NCBI GenBank assembly: GCA_030141605.1
Contig: JAQGDQ010000353.1
Location: 73,787 to 137,786 of the forward strand
From: Tubiluchus corallicola
Taxonomy: Eukaryota > Animalia > Priapulida
DNA length: 64,000 nt
Direction of reading: 5' to 3'
The notes beneath the pieces are model-generated. The model did no database searches. It was given only the letters and a program-made list of their open reading frames with translations, and was not told the DNA's origin. Positions 43,351-58,699 of this stretch are shown piece by piece. The position numbers and the translations under genes were made by a program. Numbering within the stretch: position 1 is the first letter of the stretch; every line of letters begins with the position of its first letter.

Positions 43351-46300
43351 TTTAATATTGTTTTGATGACGTGCAATTCTCAGTTCAGGGCTGGAAAATA
43401 CCATGAGGGGTGGGAAGGAATAATGCAGTACGATCCCTCAGGGGTTCAATTAATGTGCACAAGAGTGTATGTGGTTCAACAGAAGTAAAGAAAAACATTC
43501 GAAGCAAACTAAACTTGAACTTGAATTTGAACCTGAATGTGTCGAAATGAATTTCAATTTTGATCCAGATGAATCATGTAACACATCATTATGTAGTTGC
43601 GAATTTGTAAGGAAAGAAAAAAATTTATTAGAATTTCGAAAGAAAGAAATTTATATTAAATATTAGTAGCTAAGTGTAAGTTTGTGTTAAAGGAAAACGC
43701 TACCCAGTTTTAGGCCATTGCTTAAAATGACCCACTGAAGGATATATATCATTTTTTAAAATTTATTTACATTAAAAATTATACTTCATTATTATTTTAT
43801 TAGTTTTAATATTTAACTTAAAATTTACCGAATTTTCGCATTGGCAAACATGCGCAGACTGCACATATAAAGATGCGACTTCATGTAACTGTGATCCGTA
43901 ATGCGTACACAACAGGTTGTATTTAAACATGTATTACAATGTGTAAGTAATGCGTAATGCGTAATGCGTGATCCGCATTCACTCGAACGTGATCGCTATC
44001 GTCTGAATATGCATCACGCAGACGGGAAATCCCCGTTGCCTAGGTGATTATAGCGAGTTTTCACGTTTCCGGTAACCATTTTTGCTGTTTGGCTTTCTAA
44101 ATATTCTAGTTAGGTAAGTTTGGTCCCTTTAGGGCGTATAAACAATAATATTTTTTGTATTTGAGTTTTTGAGAGGTGGAAAGTTATGTGTTGTACATCT
44201 GACTGCAGTCCTTTCACTTAATGATGATTGTTCTCTCTCCTATAAAATGTTGTGCACCCAAAACTTGTGCTTTCTTTTCCGTCTAATAGTACAATAATAA
44301 GCTAATGTCGCAGCTGTAATTATCAGGCTTTTGACAGAGACGTGGTTTCCAAAAATTATTGCTTGCAATTTTCACAAATAGGAATAGTGATAAAAAATCG
44401 CGGGAATCAGCATCGTGAGCTTTGTTAATACACATATCGTTTGCGGACACATGGAAACAGTCAGTACGCATCACGCATTACTGATCACAGATCAGGAATT
44501 CAACTACGACCCCATGTGCGCGTAATGCGTAATCCGTGATGCGTGATGCGTGATGCGTATTCAGACGATATCTACCACGTATCACGCTTTGCGGATTACG
44601 CATTACGTACACATGAAAACACTTCGACGTGTTTAAATATAAACTATTGTATTACGCATTACACGCACATGAAGTCGTACCTTTACGCATTACGTGCGCA
44701 TGGAGTCCTAGCTTAAGGTGCAACTATAATCAACGGTCACTCCATCCTAGCTGCACTCGCTTGCCGTTAATTAAAATTTTCAGCTAATATTTAACTATGG
44801 GAAACATTTTATTCATTAGCTAGCTACACGTTATAAAATACGTATATATGACCATAGGTCACAATGAGGCGTGATCTGAGATATTTGCCAAGTGTTGAAA
44901 CTTCATTTTCAGTGATCAACTTCTGTTAGGAAACATTAATTATGAAGTATTAATATCACCTTATAATGTTAATCCAGAATACCATGTTTATGGTCATAAA
45001 TTTTTTTAGCCACGTGCTTTATGTTATCCATCTTACATTTTAAAATTATATTTTTTATATTTTTTATTGTTTTTAAAAAGATTATTAGTGGAACGATGAG
45101 GCACCAAAAACTGCTGTAGACATTTTGTTGAAATATTTGTGTAGATCTATGTAAAGTGTTATAATATGTGTAATTATTGTAATGTATGTGAGTATGTGGA
45201 GCAATGTTTGTTTATATACAATGCGAATAACCCATTACGTGATCATGTGCTTAAAAAACTTGCCAATTATTGATTTTTTTGTGGTTACTTGCTATAGTTT
45301 TGCTCATGCAGTGGGGGCCCTGCAAGCTGATGCTAAATTTGTTGTTTGGGGATCTAACACGAATCCGTTTTTTTAAATTTTTGATCCCCTTTTTGGGATC
45401 CATAACCTTAATCTAAACCTCGAACTTTCAGTCAGACGGGTTTCCTATGAAAAATAAACCTTTTCACAGTTCCAGCGATTGATGTTGATCGTGCAGAGGT
45501 CAAAGGTTAAGTGAACCAGACTACACATTTGTGTATACTTGACAACGCCTCGCAGCCAATGCTATTATAAAAGTAATTTAAAAAGGGACGAATGCTACTA
45601 GCTATAGAACGTTACCTAGTTCATTTTTTCTTGTTCCTAATGAATAATTAAGTAAAGTCCACGTAAAACAACTGACGTTACTCCACTGGGCTTTCTTTTA
45701 CCGACATGTCACGTGACGGTTGTAGCTAAGACGCGCTGCTGTGGTACAGTTAATCTTTGACTTACAACAACTGCGCGTGCGCACAACGAAACTGTAAAAA
45801 CGCTTATTTCGCTGCCACAAGTGTCTTGAAGGTAAGTGTGAGACAAACACACTTCAACTCGTATTAAAAACAGTAAGCTTGAAACATCTGAACAATCTAA
45901 CAGCAGTTGCTGTACTAAGACACCACAAACAGTTTTACGTAACTCGGTTACGTATTTGTTTATGATTTTTCCCCTTTGATATTGTTTCCAACTTCTATTT
46001 TGTTTATAAACACCGCTAGGATAATGTCTCTTTACTAAATTGCTGCAGATGGGAAAAAAGCATGTGCTGATTTTGTCTGACTAAAAACTTATTTAAAATT
46101 TATAAGTTAAACAATTATATTTGACGTACGAAATGTAAATCGTTGTGAAATGTCTGTGCCAAGCTTCACTCTTCTTAAAGCAAAGCAGTAAAAACTGTGT
46201 CATTTTGAAAGTCTGATTTACTTATGTGTTGTTATTGTGTAATTATTGTTTAATAAAGTTAAACCATCCTTCGTTCGGTAGCGAAATGTTTGGTATATTT

Positions 46301-49300
46301 GTAGCAAGTGCACAGCCTGTGATCTGAATTACAGGTGATTCAGCCTGTGATTCAGCTCCTGCCAGACGGTTCCAGGTGGTTTGACACCATAGGCGAAGAC
46401 ATTTCTACGCCCTACTTAGGTAAAAATTCCCACCCCCACACCGGGGACAGCTGGTGGTAATAGAATTTTTGAGCCCTCTGTTCCGGGTTTTCAGGATGAA
46501 TTAAAATTTCTGTAATTTCTGTTGCACGCTTTTTATATAGGCCCTATATAATCTTGTATATTCCTTCAGTTTTTGCCGTTGAAAAATTTGAAAAAATTTA
46601 GTCGCCGTTAATTTAACTCTTGCTTTTCACGTTCATCCGCATCATAGTTTCTTCATCTTGGTAACCATGGTAACTCTAGCATGGTTGCAAATGCTAAAAA
46701 CAAAACTGGACCCAATCTTAAACTGTGGGTCAGAACAATTTACTCCTTAAAATATTGAAAGGGAACGTACTATTTTTTAAAGAACGACTTGCGTGAAAGA
46801 ATTATTACCACACAAATACAATTTCACGTGCGTGCCACTAGTTCTTCGCTGTTACATGCTATTCGCCATTGGTCAGTTAAACGGGCACTAGTGCCTGCAT
46901 TTCGGAAACGCATTGTACAAAAACAGTTACTGTACCTCATAGTTCAGATGTGCTAGTTTGTGACGAACTACACACGTTCGACAGCTCATGTGCGAGCAGT
47001 AAATTTGAAATTTGAATTTTTATCTTAAAACAGGTATAGTTTTAGTACAACACACTGAATATCTTCAATTTTCGCTTTCGCATACACGTGTAACACGCTC
47101 GTGGAACGTTTTTGATGTTGAAAATTATGTTAGTTTGTGATGTATCAATAGTTGGGCTCGCCCGCCGTTTATTAAGTTTTTAATCTATTAACTAAGTATC
47201 AAAAACGCTTTTGCAGTATTAATTGTGTTAAAATGTATACTTTTTATGGGGCTTCAAAATGGGGTAATATGTGAAAAATCATCCTGTCTTCTTTAAAAAT
47301 TAAAAATCTAGAATTTGCCTCTTAGGTGCCCTAAGCAACTGTCTAGTTTGCCTAGTGGTAGAGCCGGCTTCTGCTAATATTAACTTTTCTCAGGGGCCTT
47401 GTATCGGTAAGTAAGGTAAGATGGTAGGCAAGATGTTTAATGTTAGATTATGATCATCTCCAATTTTGCCGAAGCATCTTACAACTTATCAACATTAATG
47501 TCCCCACAAACTTCATTATCGTGGTTACATCACTATTTTACGTCAGCTATAATCATGTTAGTGGCGTTAGAACATTTTTGGGAAAATTTACGACCGGAAA
47601 AGTTTAAATTATAGTTATGCGTGTAATCAGATCAACGAAGGTGAAGGAGGTTATAGCTAATCTAATGAACTTTTGATTTAAACGTGCCGTACGAAGCTAA
47701 CGTAAAGCTGTGTTCACATGCCGCTGATAACGGTCACGGCATTGCAGTTGCACTTGCTCGAAGGAGGATATGATGATTTTTCATATACTCGCCCATTTTC
47801 AAGTCCGACAAAAAGTTTACATTTTAACACAATTAATACTGCAAAAGTATTTCTGATCATTAAATAACAGATTAAAAACTTAATTAACGGCAGGCGAGCC
47901 CAACTATTGATGACATCACAAACTAATATAATTTTCAACAGCAAAAATATTCCACGAGCGTGTTGCACGTGTTTGCGAAAATGAAAATTGAAGTACAGTG
48001 CTACTGTAAGCAATTCTGTGCGTTGCACTAAAACTAGGCAAGTTTTAATATAAAAATTCAAATTTCAAATTTACCGTTGTGCTCACGCATGAGCTGTCAA
48101 ACGTGTGTAGTTCGTCACAAACGAACATATCTGAACTGAGAGGTACAGCATCTGTTTTTGTGCAATGCGTTTCCAAAATGCAAGCGCTAGTGCCCGTCTA
48201 ACGAACGAATAGCGAAATGCCTGTAACAGCGAAGAACTAGTGCCGCGAACGTGAAATTGTGTTTGTGTGGTAATAATTATTACACGTAAGTCATTTTTGA
48301 CTACTCTAGCAATTAGTGTACTTCCGAGTCCCGACTCTGACTCCAAAACCCTAATTTTTAACAGCTCCAACCCTTTACTTCCAACTTCGACTGCGACCCC
48401 CCAATCCTATCGTGGAATCCTATTTTACTTTCGGGCAATTATTTGATTTGAAAACTGTGGCCCTTCTTCCACTGAGGCCCTAAGCACGTGCTTATCGTGT
48501 TTAATGGTTAATCCTGGGTATGGTTACAGCAGTCGATGCAATGACAAATGAATGTTTAAATAATTGCTCCTCAATTTTAAAGCTTTTACAGCGGCCATTT
48601 TAGCGTCACCTTTGCTATAAATTTATTTACTCTTTTAACGGCAACAGTTGAAACGTTATTCAATATAATTTTCAAAAGGTAATTAATAAATTAGGATTAC
48701 TACCGTTCTGTAACTAATCAGTTACTGTCATGAGCCGCGTCATTGTTTACATTTGGACATCGCAGTCGAAATAATTTGGTAAAAACACTAAAAGGTGGCA
48801 GCACAGTAATGCTGAAATTCTCGCGCTGGCAACTGGGTCGCGGACACTAATTTTTCTTTTCTGTTGTTTGCTCCAGCCAACTCCGTCATTCTCTTTTCCA
48901 AGGCTGGCAGTACGGAACTGTACGAAAAAATGCCGTACTTCGTGCTTTTAAAAAATATCGTACGGCAATTTCATACCGAAGCTGCAAAATCAGATAGTAC
49001 CGTACTAATACAACGAAATACCGTACCGTAATTCCTTATCAAATTCCGTACCAAGTGTACGTAAGACCTGCTATAAAAGTGGCTTAGAAATTAATTATGA
49101 AAACGATTAATTTATCAATTTTTAATGTGAATTCATGCATACGATAAAGTAGAATCACTGTTTGAACTCCCCACACTATTTATTTTAGGTTACAAAGGCT
49201 ATAATGCATGTGGATGAAATACAATAAAGTTTACGAAATAAATAAATAAATAAATTCATTTTGAACTACTTTTTCTTAATTAATAATTTTGTGGCAGGTG

Positions 49301-49861
49301 CGAACCAATTTGTATATACAAAAGCAAATATTGTAGCTTCTGTATACGTTAAATGCTGTGGCAACGGAGGTTCATTAAGATATGAAGTCGGTACGTCTCG
49401 TTTTGAAGACAAAGCAAACAGTTGACTCAGGAGAATATGCAGTCATTAATTTAAATCGCTACTGTTTTGCATAGATCACCAAAGTTCTAAACGATTTTGA
49501 AATGTTCTTTTGTTTCAAAAAGTTCTGCATAGCTTGAGGTCAGCAGTACGTTCCTCATCAATAGTAAGAAATACTTGTTGAAACAGTGGTATTCAGTTGC
49601 GGCTCGTTGCTAAAACTAGGTGGGGTGGTACAAAATTGAAATTTTTTAGCCATTATTTTAATACTGTGTAAAACGAAACAAACATATGCAATTATAATGT
49701 TGTAATTGTAATTTTAAACAAACTAGTTACTTTATACATAAACTTGATAAACTCGCAAACAAAAAATATTGTTTTCTTACGAATAGCTTAAATTGTCGCA
49801 GTTCAAGAAGATGCCGGTACTAGTGCAACGTTTTCTCTGCTCGAGCTACTGCCACTGTTCT

Positions 49862-50230
49862 CTCTGCTACATTGCTACATCTACTCCTACTGTGTTTCTA
49901 AGGTAGATTTTTACATTTGTTCCTACTGCTTAATTTGCTACATTGCTACATTTACTCCCACTGTGTTTCTAAGGTGGATTTTTACATTTATTCATGCTGC
50001 TTCCTCTGTTACATTGCTACATTTACTCCTACTGTGTTTCTAAAGTGGATTTTTACATTTTTTCCTACTGCTTAATTTGCTACATTGCTACATTTACTCC
50101 CACTGTGTTTCTAAGGTGGATTTTTACATTTATTCATGCTGCTTTCTCTGTTACATTGCTACATTTACTCCCACTGTGTTTCTAAGGTGGATTGTTACAT
50201 TTATTCCTGCTGCTTCCTCTGTTACATTGC
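49862..50230. repeat. 71-bp minisatellite, about 5 copies with alternating variants
   Basis: cattgc anchor at 49870, 49941, 50012, 50083, 50154, 50225. Confidence 0.9.
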
Positions 50231-51412
50231 ACACAACTAATCAGTTTCACTTCATCTATTTAGAGTGGAAAAAGATGTACATGTACGATACAAAATTAAC
50301 AAGCTATAAACAAATTTTAGCAAAAAAGTAAGACAACTAAGCATATGTAGCTAATGGTATGAATACTTTGAGTGGTAAAACAGTAATATATAATTCCAGC
50401 AGGCTTTCGAGAATTTGCTGTAGCAAATACGCGAGTAAAACAATATAGAAGAAAACAGGGATAGAAAGACACAATATTACGTACTGTATAGGTAGAATGG
50501 TAAACATTTTTCGTCTTATCGTCTGAATGTATTTATAATATTTATTTTTAAGAAAAGGGTTCTACACTTCGAGCTTTGAAAAGGCTTAAAAGATTCTAAG
50601 CTTTTGTGGACGGAAAAGAGAAAGGCCGCTAAAGATAATTTTTTTGATAATACTAATAATAATAATAATAATAATAATAAAATAATAATAATAATATTTA
50701 TTTAAAGTCGGCTCTTTTGCATCAACAATTAACATAAGCTCTAAAGAGTTTTAGGGCCAACTATAAATAACAATCTACAACTACATAACAGAGGCTATTA
50801 TTACCCCCCTTTTACAACAGAATACCGCGCGCCAGGCAGGGCAAATACTAGTTGACAGTTTTAAAGTCTTCGGTATGACTCACCGCCGTTTCGAACCCAC
50901 GACCTCCGAGACGGAAAACAGACGCGGTAGCACTAAACTAAATCGCCTGGATATAACTCGTCACGTGACAAATGCTAATCAGAATAAATTATGTTGATAT
51001 GTAGAACGATCAAGGAAGAATAAATTGTAATTTCTAGTGGACTATTTTGTCAATATGTGATAGCAGTTAATATGATAAAAATGGAACACAAATGTGAGAA
51101 TTATGAATAGGAACTACGAATAAGATAGTTTTCTAAATTCTTATTAGCAAAAAAACAGTTGGTATAATTATTTATACTTTTTTTTAATTAAAACGACGTT
51201 TCAGTGACTGTTAGAGAGCACTTTAATTAAAACAAGTTGCTTTAATTAAAAATAATAGAAATGCTTTTTTTGCATGACATTTTTGCCAAAATATAAAATA
51301 GTTGCTGATTTAGTATATAGTAAATAGTGCTATAATTTTGATGTCTGATAAGGAAACAGAAACTTGCCTCATTGGTCAATGCAGTTTGGATAAGCACAAA
51401 GACACCTTCTTC

Positions 51413-51567
<155 letters not shown>

Positions 51568-51832
51568 TAAGTGTTCAGAGCACACTGTTCAGAAGTAATT
51601 ACTTGTTCAGAGCACCCCAAATGAATGTGGATTGAGTGTAGTAGAAAGGAGCAGTAAAGGAGTAGAAAATAGTAGAAAAGGTTAATAGAGAATAGAAAGA
51701 AAGAGAAAGATGTGATGGTATCTATATGAAGTAACGCGAACTATAGAAATGTAAATATGTTATATTGTTAATATTGTTAATATTGTCGTCACAGTTTAAA
51801 ACTCCTATAAAAATATACTGTTGCCTTATTAA

Positions 51833-52203
51833 AGGACAAGAAAAGCGGCACCATTCAGAAAAATCACCTTAAAAATTGTATTACTTTACAGCAATTTTAT
51901 GCACATATCATATTCGCTTTGAAAGGAATTTTCGTTTGTTTGCATTTTAAATCTCCCGCAATACTGTTCCGACGGCGCCATTACATGACGTCACTACGCC
52001 ACGTAAATCAGGGGAAGAAAAGGCAATGTTAAATTATGACCCAAAAAACATTCCAAATCTATATTACTTAGCATTTCACTTACCTGCTCTAAAGATTTAT
52101 GTAACTAGAAATAATAATTTAAAATGTTTGTGCCAATTGGTAAAATGTCGCTGACTCACCGGTCAGGGTGCGCCAACTCACTAGCCAGAAAAGCATTTTT
52201 AAT

Positions 52204-52256
<53 letters not shown>

Positions 52257-54991
52257 GTAATCTTTATTTGCCATAAAAATTGATATTCATAACCATAAAA
52301 GCATAAAAGAACATCGCAGCATGAGAATAAAAATTCACACAACTGTTAAAGGCATCCAGTGCAAACTAAAAACTACTGTGCCAAAAATTTAAAACAAAAT
52401 ATACATTATAATGTTGTGCACGCAAATTATAATAGATTATATACAATATATACATACAATTTAAAATGGACGTGGGTAAATAAAATTTGCGGATGAATAT
52501 ATATGATCTCTTACGTATGTAGGGTTTTCAAAACGATTTATGTACGTATTTTTAATTTTGATTTGAATTCGTGGAAAGACTTGATTTGTTTTAAATTTGA
52601 TGGCAGGGTATTCCAAAGTTGAACTCATTGTTTAGTGATAGAGTTATTGCCGTATTTATTATTAGTGCGTGTTTGTTTAATATTGTGTGTTCTTGGATTT
52701 AATGTTGGCTCCAAGAGGAGTGGAAGCTTATTTTTGATGAAGGGCGTGTTAATATTGTTGATGTATTTATATAAAAACAAGATTGTGTAGAAGTCTTTAT
52801 GTGCTTGTAAAATTGGGATTTTAAACATTGTTCTTAATTCTGTTGCAGAGGTTTGATTTGTTATGAGAGACGTTTTATTTGAATAGCCAGCGACTAATCT
52901 TAATGCATAATTTTGAAGACTATTTAGTTTGTTATAGCTGTCTCTTGAGACTTCATGAAAAAGTTTGCACCCGTATAAAAAGTGCGGTAAAATGGGAGTT
53001 TTAAAAATTAATAACTTTGTCTGTTTAGTTAGTTGACCTTTTACCTGCTGTAAGTAAGACGTTCCGCATGCCATTTTATCGTAAATTTTATTAAAATGGC
53101 TATCCCAAGAAAGTTTATTATCTACACAGATACCAAGGAAGCTTACATTGTTTTTCTGTTCCATTTTCAATTTTTATTGTTTTATTGAAGTATTAGTTAT
53201 ATTGTCATTTGAGAAAGGGGAAAGGACCATGAAATCTGTTTTGGTGCTGTTTAATTCAAGTTTTAAATTGGTAAATGCTATGTTAATGTTTGCGATGTCT
53301 TGTTCTAAAAGTCGTTGAGCTGTTGCTAGATTTTCGTGGCCTAAATATATAGTTGTGTCGTCAGCATACTGTGTTATATTACAATGTGTTAGTGTCTTAG
53401 ATATATTGTTAATATAAAAACAGAAAAGTAAGGGACCGAAAAGTGTGCCTTGTGGTATGCCCTGCTGTAATGTTAGCCATTCTGAGACGGTATTTATAGA
53501 TAATTTAACTCTTTGTTTTCTGTTTCTCAAGTAGCTGTTAATGAGCTTTAATGAAGTTGCATTAAATCCTAATGATTTTAAATTGTGGTCTAGGCTATCA
53601 AAGGCATTACTTTATCCTAAAAATGCGGTTACAACATATTTATTTTCATTTAAGTTTGATCTCCAGTTTTCAGTTGCATGTTTGATGGCATCAGTAGTAG
53701 AGTGTTTTCGTTGTAAAACCAAATTGATGTTTACTGAGTATGTTGTTAGTGTTTATATGTGAATTCATTTGTTCATATAGTACTTTTTCCGAAAATTTTC
53801 CAAAACAATGAACAACGGTTGTAGGACGGTAATTAACACGGTCAGTTGATGAGTCTTTTTTGTGGTCTGGTGTTACATTGGCCAGCTTACAAATACTGGG
53901 GAATTCACTGCGCATGACCATTTGGTTTGTAATGTAGGCAACATGAGGTGCTATTATATTGGTTCTGTCCTTTAATATCTTCACAGGTATTTCAGATGGG
54001 TCACTGCCTTTGTTAATGTCTAGTTCAACTAAGATTTTAAATATTTCATTTGTGGTAATGGTGGAAAACGAAAAAGTTTTGTTAGTATTTAATTTCATTT
54101 TTTATTTCGAAATTATGTTACTGCAGTTACTGTTATGATTAGATGGCCAGCAGAAATTTCCCAAATTAATGAAAGTAGCATTTTAGTTTTCTTTATTACT
54201 TTATTGTCAATTATAAGTTCCATGATATGGGTTTGCTTGTTTTTATATCTGTTAATGACATTATTAATTATTTCCCATTTATAATTAGAAGAGGTTGCAT
54301 TATTACACTGTTGCTGTATATAGTTCTTTTTAAAGATTTGTTTAGATTATTAAATGAATTTCTTGCTTTTTTATAATTATTATAATTATGTTTAGATTTG
54401 GTAGTTGTCCACAATTTATTTAAGTATTGTTTCGATGTTCTTAGTGAATCCAGTTCTTGAGTTGTCCATAGACTTTTAGTATTTCGCTTACATTCGGGTT
54501 GAGCAAAAGTTTTTATACGTTTATAGGGGGCGTGGAAATTAAGACGGCATTCAATATTATTTGTAATAAGTTCAACTAGGGCATCAATATTAGTGCAATA
54601 GATTTCTTTCCAACTCATTTTGGCTAAATCGGCAATAAAATATGTCGTATTGAATTGTTTGTAGTCTCTTATAAGTTTGTATGATGGATTTGAGTCAAAA
54701 TTCGATGAGGGGGGAGGGGGCAAGATACAGTAAATTTTACTTAATTAGCAACATGTATGCTACGAATGTTCTGATTATTTTTTCAAACTTTACTTAATGC
54801 TTTCAAAACTTGTTTCAGACCTTCTATTAAAATGGCTGCGCCTAACGGTCATCGCAGAAATTTAAATTTACACGTTTTATACAGCGTTACGACCGATGCA
54901 AGCCATGCATACGAAAAGGTAGTATGTAAGTGGTATAAAATTTTGAGACGAATTTTTTAAGCTTTATGTAAGTGGAGGGTTTTCTTGTACT
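51833..54991 (+). mobile_element. Kolobok-like MITE family A, copy 5, split by a LINE
   Basis: TTAA|AGGACAAGAAAA...aatcttat [LINE] caagatacag...TTTTCTTGTACT|TTAA. Confidence 0.88.
52206..54720 (-). mobile_element. 5'-truncated, frameshifted CR1/L2-group (Crack/Daphne-like) LINE, ORF2 RT region
   Basis: ORFs 54268..54723, 53691..54098, 53174..53530, 52625..53170: RDYKQF, NYRP, QFGF, GIPQGTLFGPLLF, YADDT, FLGI; AATAAA plus (TA)n at its 3' end. Confidence 0.92.
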
Positions 54992-56474
54992 TTAAGGCAT
55001 CAGAAACATGTATAAAATAACGACGTCCTTGCACATTTGCCCATCACTGTTGCATGTCATTTTGTTGGATTTTATTTTTTGGGTCTAATATTTGTCAGCT
55101 GAAAAGGTGTGTAGGAGAATGCGTAGTATTCCATCCACCCCCAAAATCCAGCTCTGGATTTTCCAGGATACATCGGATGTGTCGTCTTCACTTGACTGGG
55201 TGAGATGAGTCCTCAATGCGTCTTTTGTTCTGAGGACGTTTACCTGCACGCTGGGTCCACTGGTGCATGGGGGAGAGGGCGGATCTGATCCCGGGGCGTA
55301 CGTAGCGCAAACTTTTCCCAAGTTTGTAAAGTGCGCGCCTCTATTTAGCACTAAAATTTCTATAACTTATTAGCATATTGTATGGAAGAATTGCTAATCG
55401 AGATTCTTAAATTATTTCTAATGATTACCTGTCATCCCCCCGTCCCGTCTGCCCCCGTGCTAATAGCCAACGTTTGAGGCTGTCCGCCTTGAAAGCGAAA
55501 ACATGAAATTTATGGGCAGGACACTGATGTGATATGTGTGATATTATTGGAAGAATGTGCCATTTTTATGGAGGGGGTGAGGGAACAGGATAATTTCTAG
55601 CAAGGAAAAAGTTTTTCTGGTCAATAGTACCGATACTGATGATACAATTCAAAATTTGAAATGCTGTATGCATCTAAAATCTAAACAAAAAGCAAAATCA
55701 CAAGTCATAAGTCATTTATTCCACATTACACATTTACAATGGTTACATATACAATATCTAGTGAAAGGGCCTACAATGGATATAATACAAATAAGAAATA
55801 CTGCACAGGAAAAGCCTCAAACACTGTTCACCTATATACAAATAAAAATGTGTTGCGGGCAATCAAAAAGCAGGGCTTGTTAGATTGTCCCACACAGTGA
55901 AAGAAAAAAAAGTAATGGAGATAATCTGAAAATTTAAAGTGAATCGTGCTAAAAAAACATTAGTGCTTAAAATGGAATGATGTAATGAATGAAACTTATA
56001 TATGGGATGATATAAAAGATAGAAAGACTATTATTTGTTAATAGTATGTAAAATTAAAGTAACTTGATTAATCGGTTTTAGATGTAACCCAATCCTACGG
56101 TGTTGTTCCATGCGTGAAACTGCAGTAACATTTGCTTAGGGATAAACGTACTAACTATTATAACGGTAACGGCAGAAGTCAAAAATTTTATATTAGATGA
56201 CAGTCACAATAAATACGTAGTCAGAGGCATGCCAACTTGCGCACGTGCAAAAATATAAAATAATAAAATATTTAAAAACGCGAATTTGTGGGAATCAAAT
56301 GAAGATTTTAATGAATTGTATTTTCTTGGGGTTATAATAAAGTTATTTTCTCTTTATTTTGGGCTATTTACAAATAAAATATTATTCACGTGCCTGAAAT
56401 TTCAATCGGCTATCAATTTTTTCTATACAAAACATTTTCAATTTGAGTTGCTTTTACAAAATTAAACCCAAGTA

Positions 56475-57013
56475 CAGGGTGTTCCATAACTCACTATACA
56501 CTTTACATTTTCTATACGTTTTTAATAAACGAAACAAAATATTTGAAAATTAGCAAAGAGATGAACCAAAACCCCGAGAAATTCTTTTAGACAATTTAGA
56601 GGAAATTTTGAAAATAATTACTACAATAGTAGGCTTGAGTGACCTCAAGAGCTTTAGAGACCAAATTCAATTGGAGCTCGGGTGTTTTGCACAGAGAAAG
56701 TCTCTCACAGCCCACGAATGATGAAGGAAGGGCAGCACCATGTTGGAAAACTACATTGTTAATAGTGAGAGAAAAGTGTGATTCATCCTGTGTTCTTAAT
56801 TTCCATTGAACTTCTGTTTATAATTCCAGACTGATTTTGCACCTTTTTTTCTAAAGTTACTGTCGTCGCCATAGCAACCGAGTTCCAGTCAAATACAAGT
56901 GCAAAGATTTGCCAAAGGCCCCTTCTGATTCACGTAAGAGATTGCTGAGATTGGAGCAAAAATTAAAAAGAAAATTAGAAATGAAAGTGTACAGTGACTT
57001 TTGAAACACCCTG
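56475..57013. mobile_element. Tc1/mariner-like MITE
   Basis: TA|CAGGGTGTT...AACACCCTG|TA with extended imperfect TIR. Confidence 0.82.
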
Positions 57014-58699
57014 TATCAGTCAGGCCAAATGAAAGCCCGATCTTGGATGTATAACCTGTATTGCATTAGGTATATAAGTCCCCGTTCCTGCATTTATTTC
57101 AATTTCGGATTTTCGGGAACTCAAGTATAACTTAACTCCAGGTCTGGAATCTGGAATGGAATGGAAAAGGTCTTGCACACGTGTGCTGCGCAACATGGGC
57201 CTACAACTACGTCAACAAATGGCTTTAATTATCTATTTTATTATTTTATTTCATTTACAGAATTAATAATAAGAGATGGTATTCAACTACGAAATTAACT
57301 GCAGTCACTTGGGAAGACATGAATCTGCTATGAAACTGACCATCAGTTTACATCGTAATTATGAAAATTAATACTACTAACGCCCTCTGTAACTCACATT
57401 AACCATTAGCAATATATTGTAATTTTTCTCGTAACTAATTCTAGTGGCCTAGCATAAGCTAGCTTCTTAGGTCTCAGCGCAGAACTCATGAATTGTATCA
57501 CAATTTTGTATTAACAAAAACTGATTATTGATGCATATGTAATGCATATGTATATTGCGAAATAAATCTATTGAATTGAATTGAATGAAGATAGGATCAT
57601 ATTGCCGGCACCCGTTATGATCCATATTTAACAATAAAAATTAAACGATAATTTGCGTTTAGTATTCCGAGTGGAAAATTTAAAAGGTTTTACTTTGACT
57701 TTGACTACACGAGCTTTGAGATTGCAAAGCTTATCAGGGTTCGTAAGGTTTGAGATTGAACAGTACTGGCATTGCGACTCAGAATCGGGTCTTATGGTTG
57801 TTTTCTAAAGTGAAGTTATTTTTTTAATATCCATTTGATTGAGTACGTAGGAAGAGTGATGTGAATTTCGCATTCGCGCCACTAGTTCTTCGCTGTTACA
57901 TGCATTTCGCCCTTCGCTAGTTAGACGGGCACTAGTGCCTGCATTTCAGAAACGTATTGCACAAAAACAGGTACTTCTTGGCTCAGATGTGTTATTTTGT
58001 GACAAACTACACACGCTCGACAGCTCATGCGTGAGTACAGCAGTAAATTTGAAATTTGAATTTTTATCTTAAAACTTGCCTAGTTTTATTACAACACACT
58101 GAATATTTTACACTAGAACTGTGCTTCAATTTTCGCTTTCACAAACACGTGCAACACGCTCGTGGAATATTTTTGCTGTTAAAAATTATGTTAGTTGGTA
58201 ATGTCATCAATTGTTGGGCTGGCCGCTATTAGTTTAGTTTTTAACCTATTATTTAATTATAAGAAACTTATTATTATAGGTGTTGTATACTTGTATTGTA
58301 TACTTTTTACCGTACTTTAATTGATACGAAAAGTCCGTTTTGCTTTAAATATTGATAAAAAGCTATGCTTGTAATTTAGGATGGAAACTTATTGCCCATT
58401 TTTTGGTCATATAAACCATTACTTCTGTAAATTGAATAGGTTAAATTTTAATTAATATAAAATAATATGGTACCATATTAAAAAAACATAAATTTTTTGA
58501 TGCAAACAGATTAAAAGTTACTAAGTTACACGTCTGTTTTTCTAGAACTGAAATAAATACCTTGCCTAAAAACTTACAACTTGCCAAGTAAGTTTCTTAG
58601 AATTCATACAAATTACAAAAGCGATTACGGAGATCTGTGGTAATCTGATTCTGCACTTGATAATCAAAGATCAAACCCCAGTGGAAACTTTTGTCCACT

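Noticed and set aside
52625-54723. Active reverse transcriptase gene
   Set aside because: Broken into several frames by stops and frameshifts, 5'-truncated, no endonuclease domain or ORF1.
55085-55351. 88-aa minus-strand ORF in a GC-richer patch
   Set aside because: No recognisable motif or coherent splice signals.
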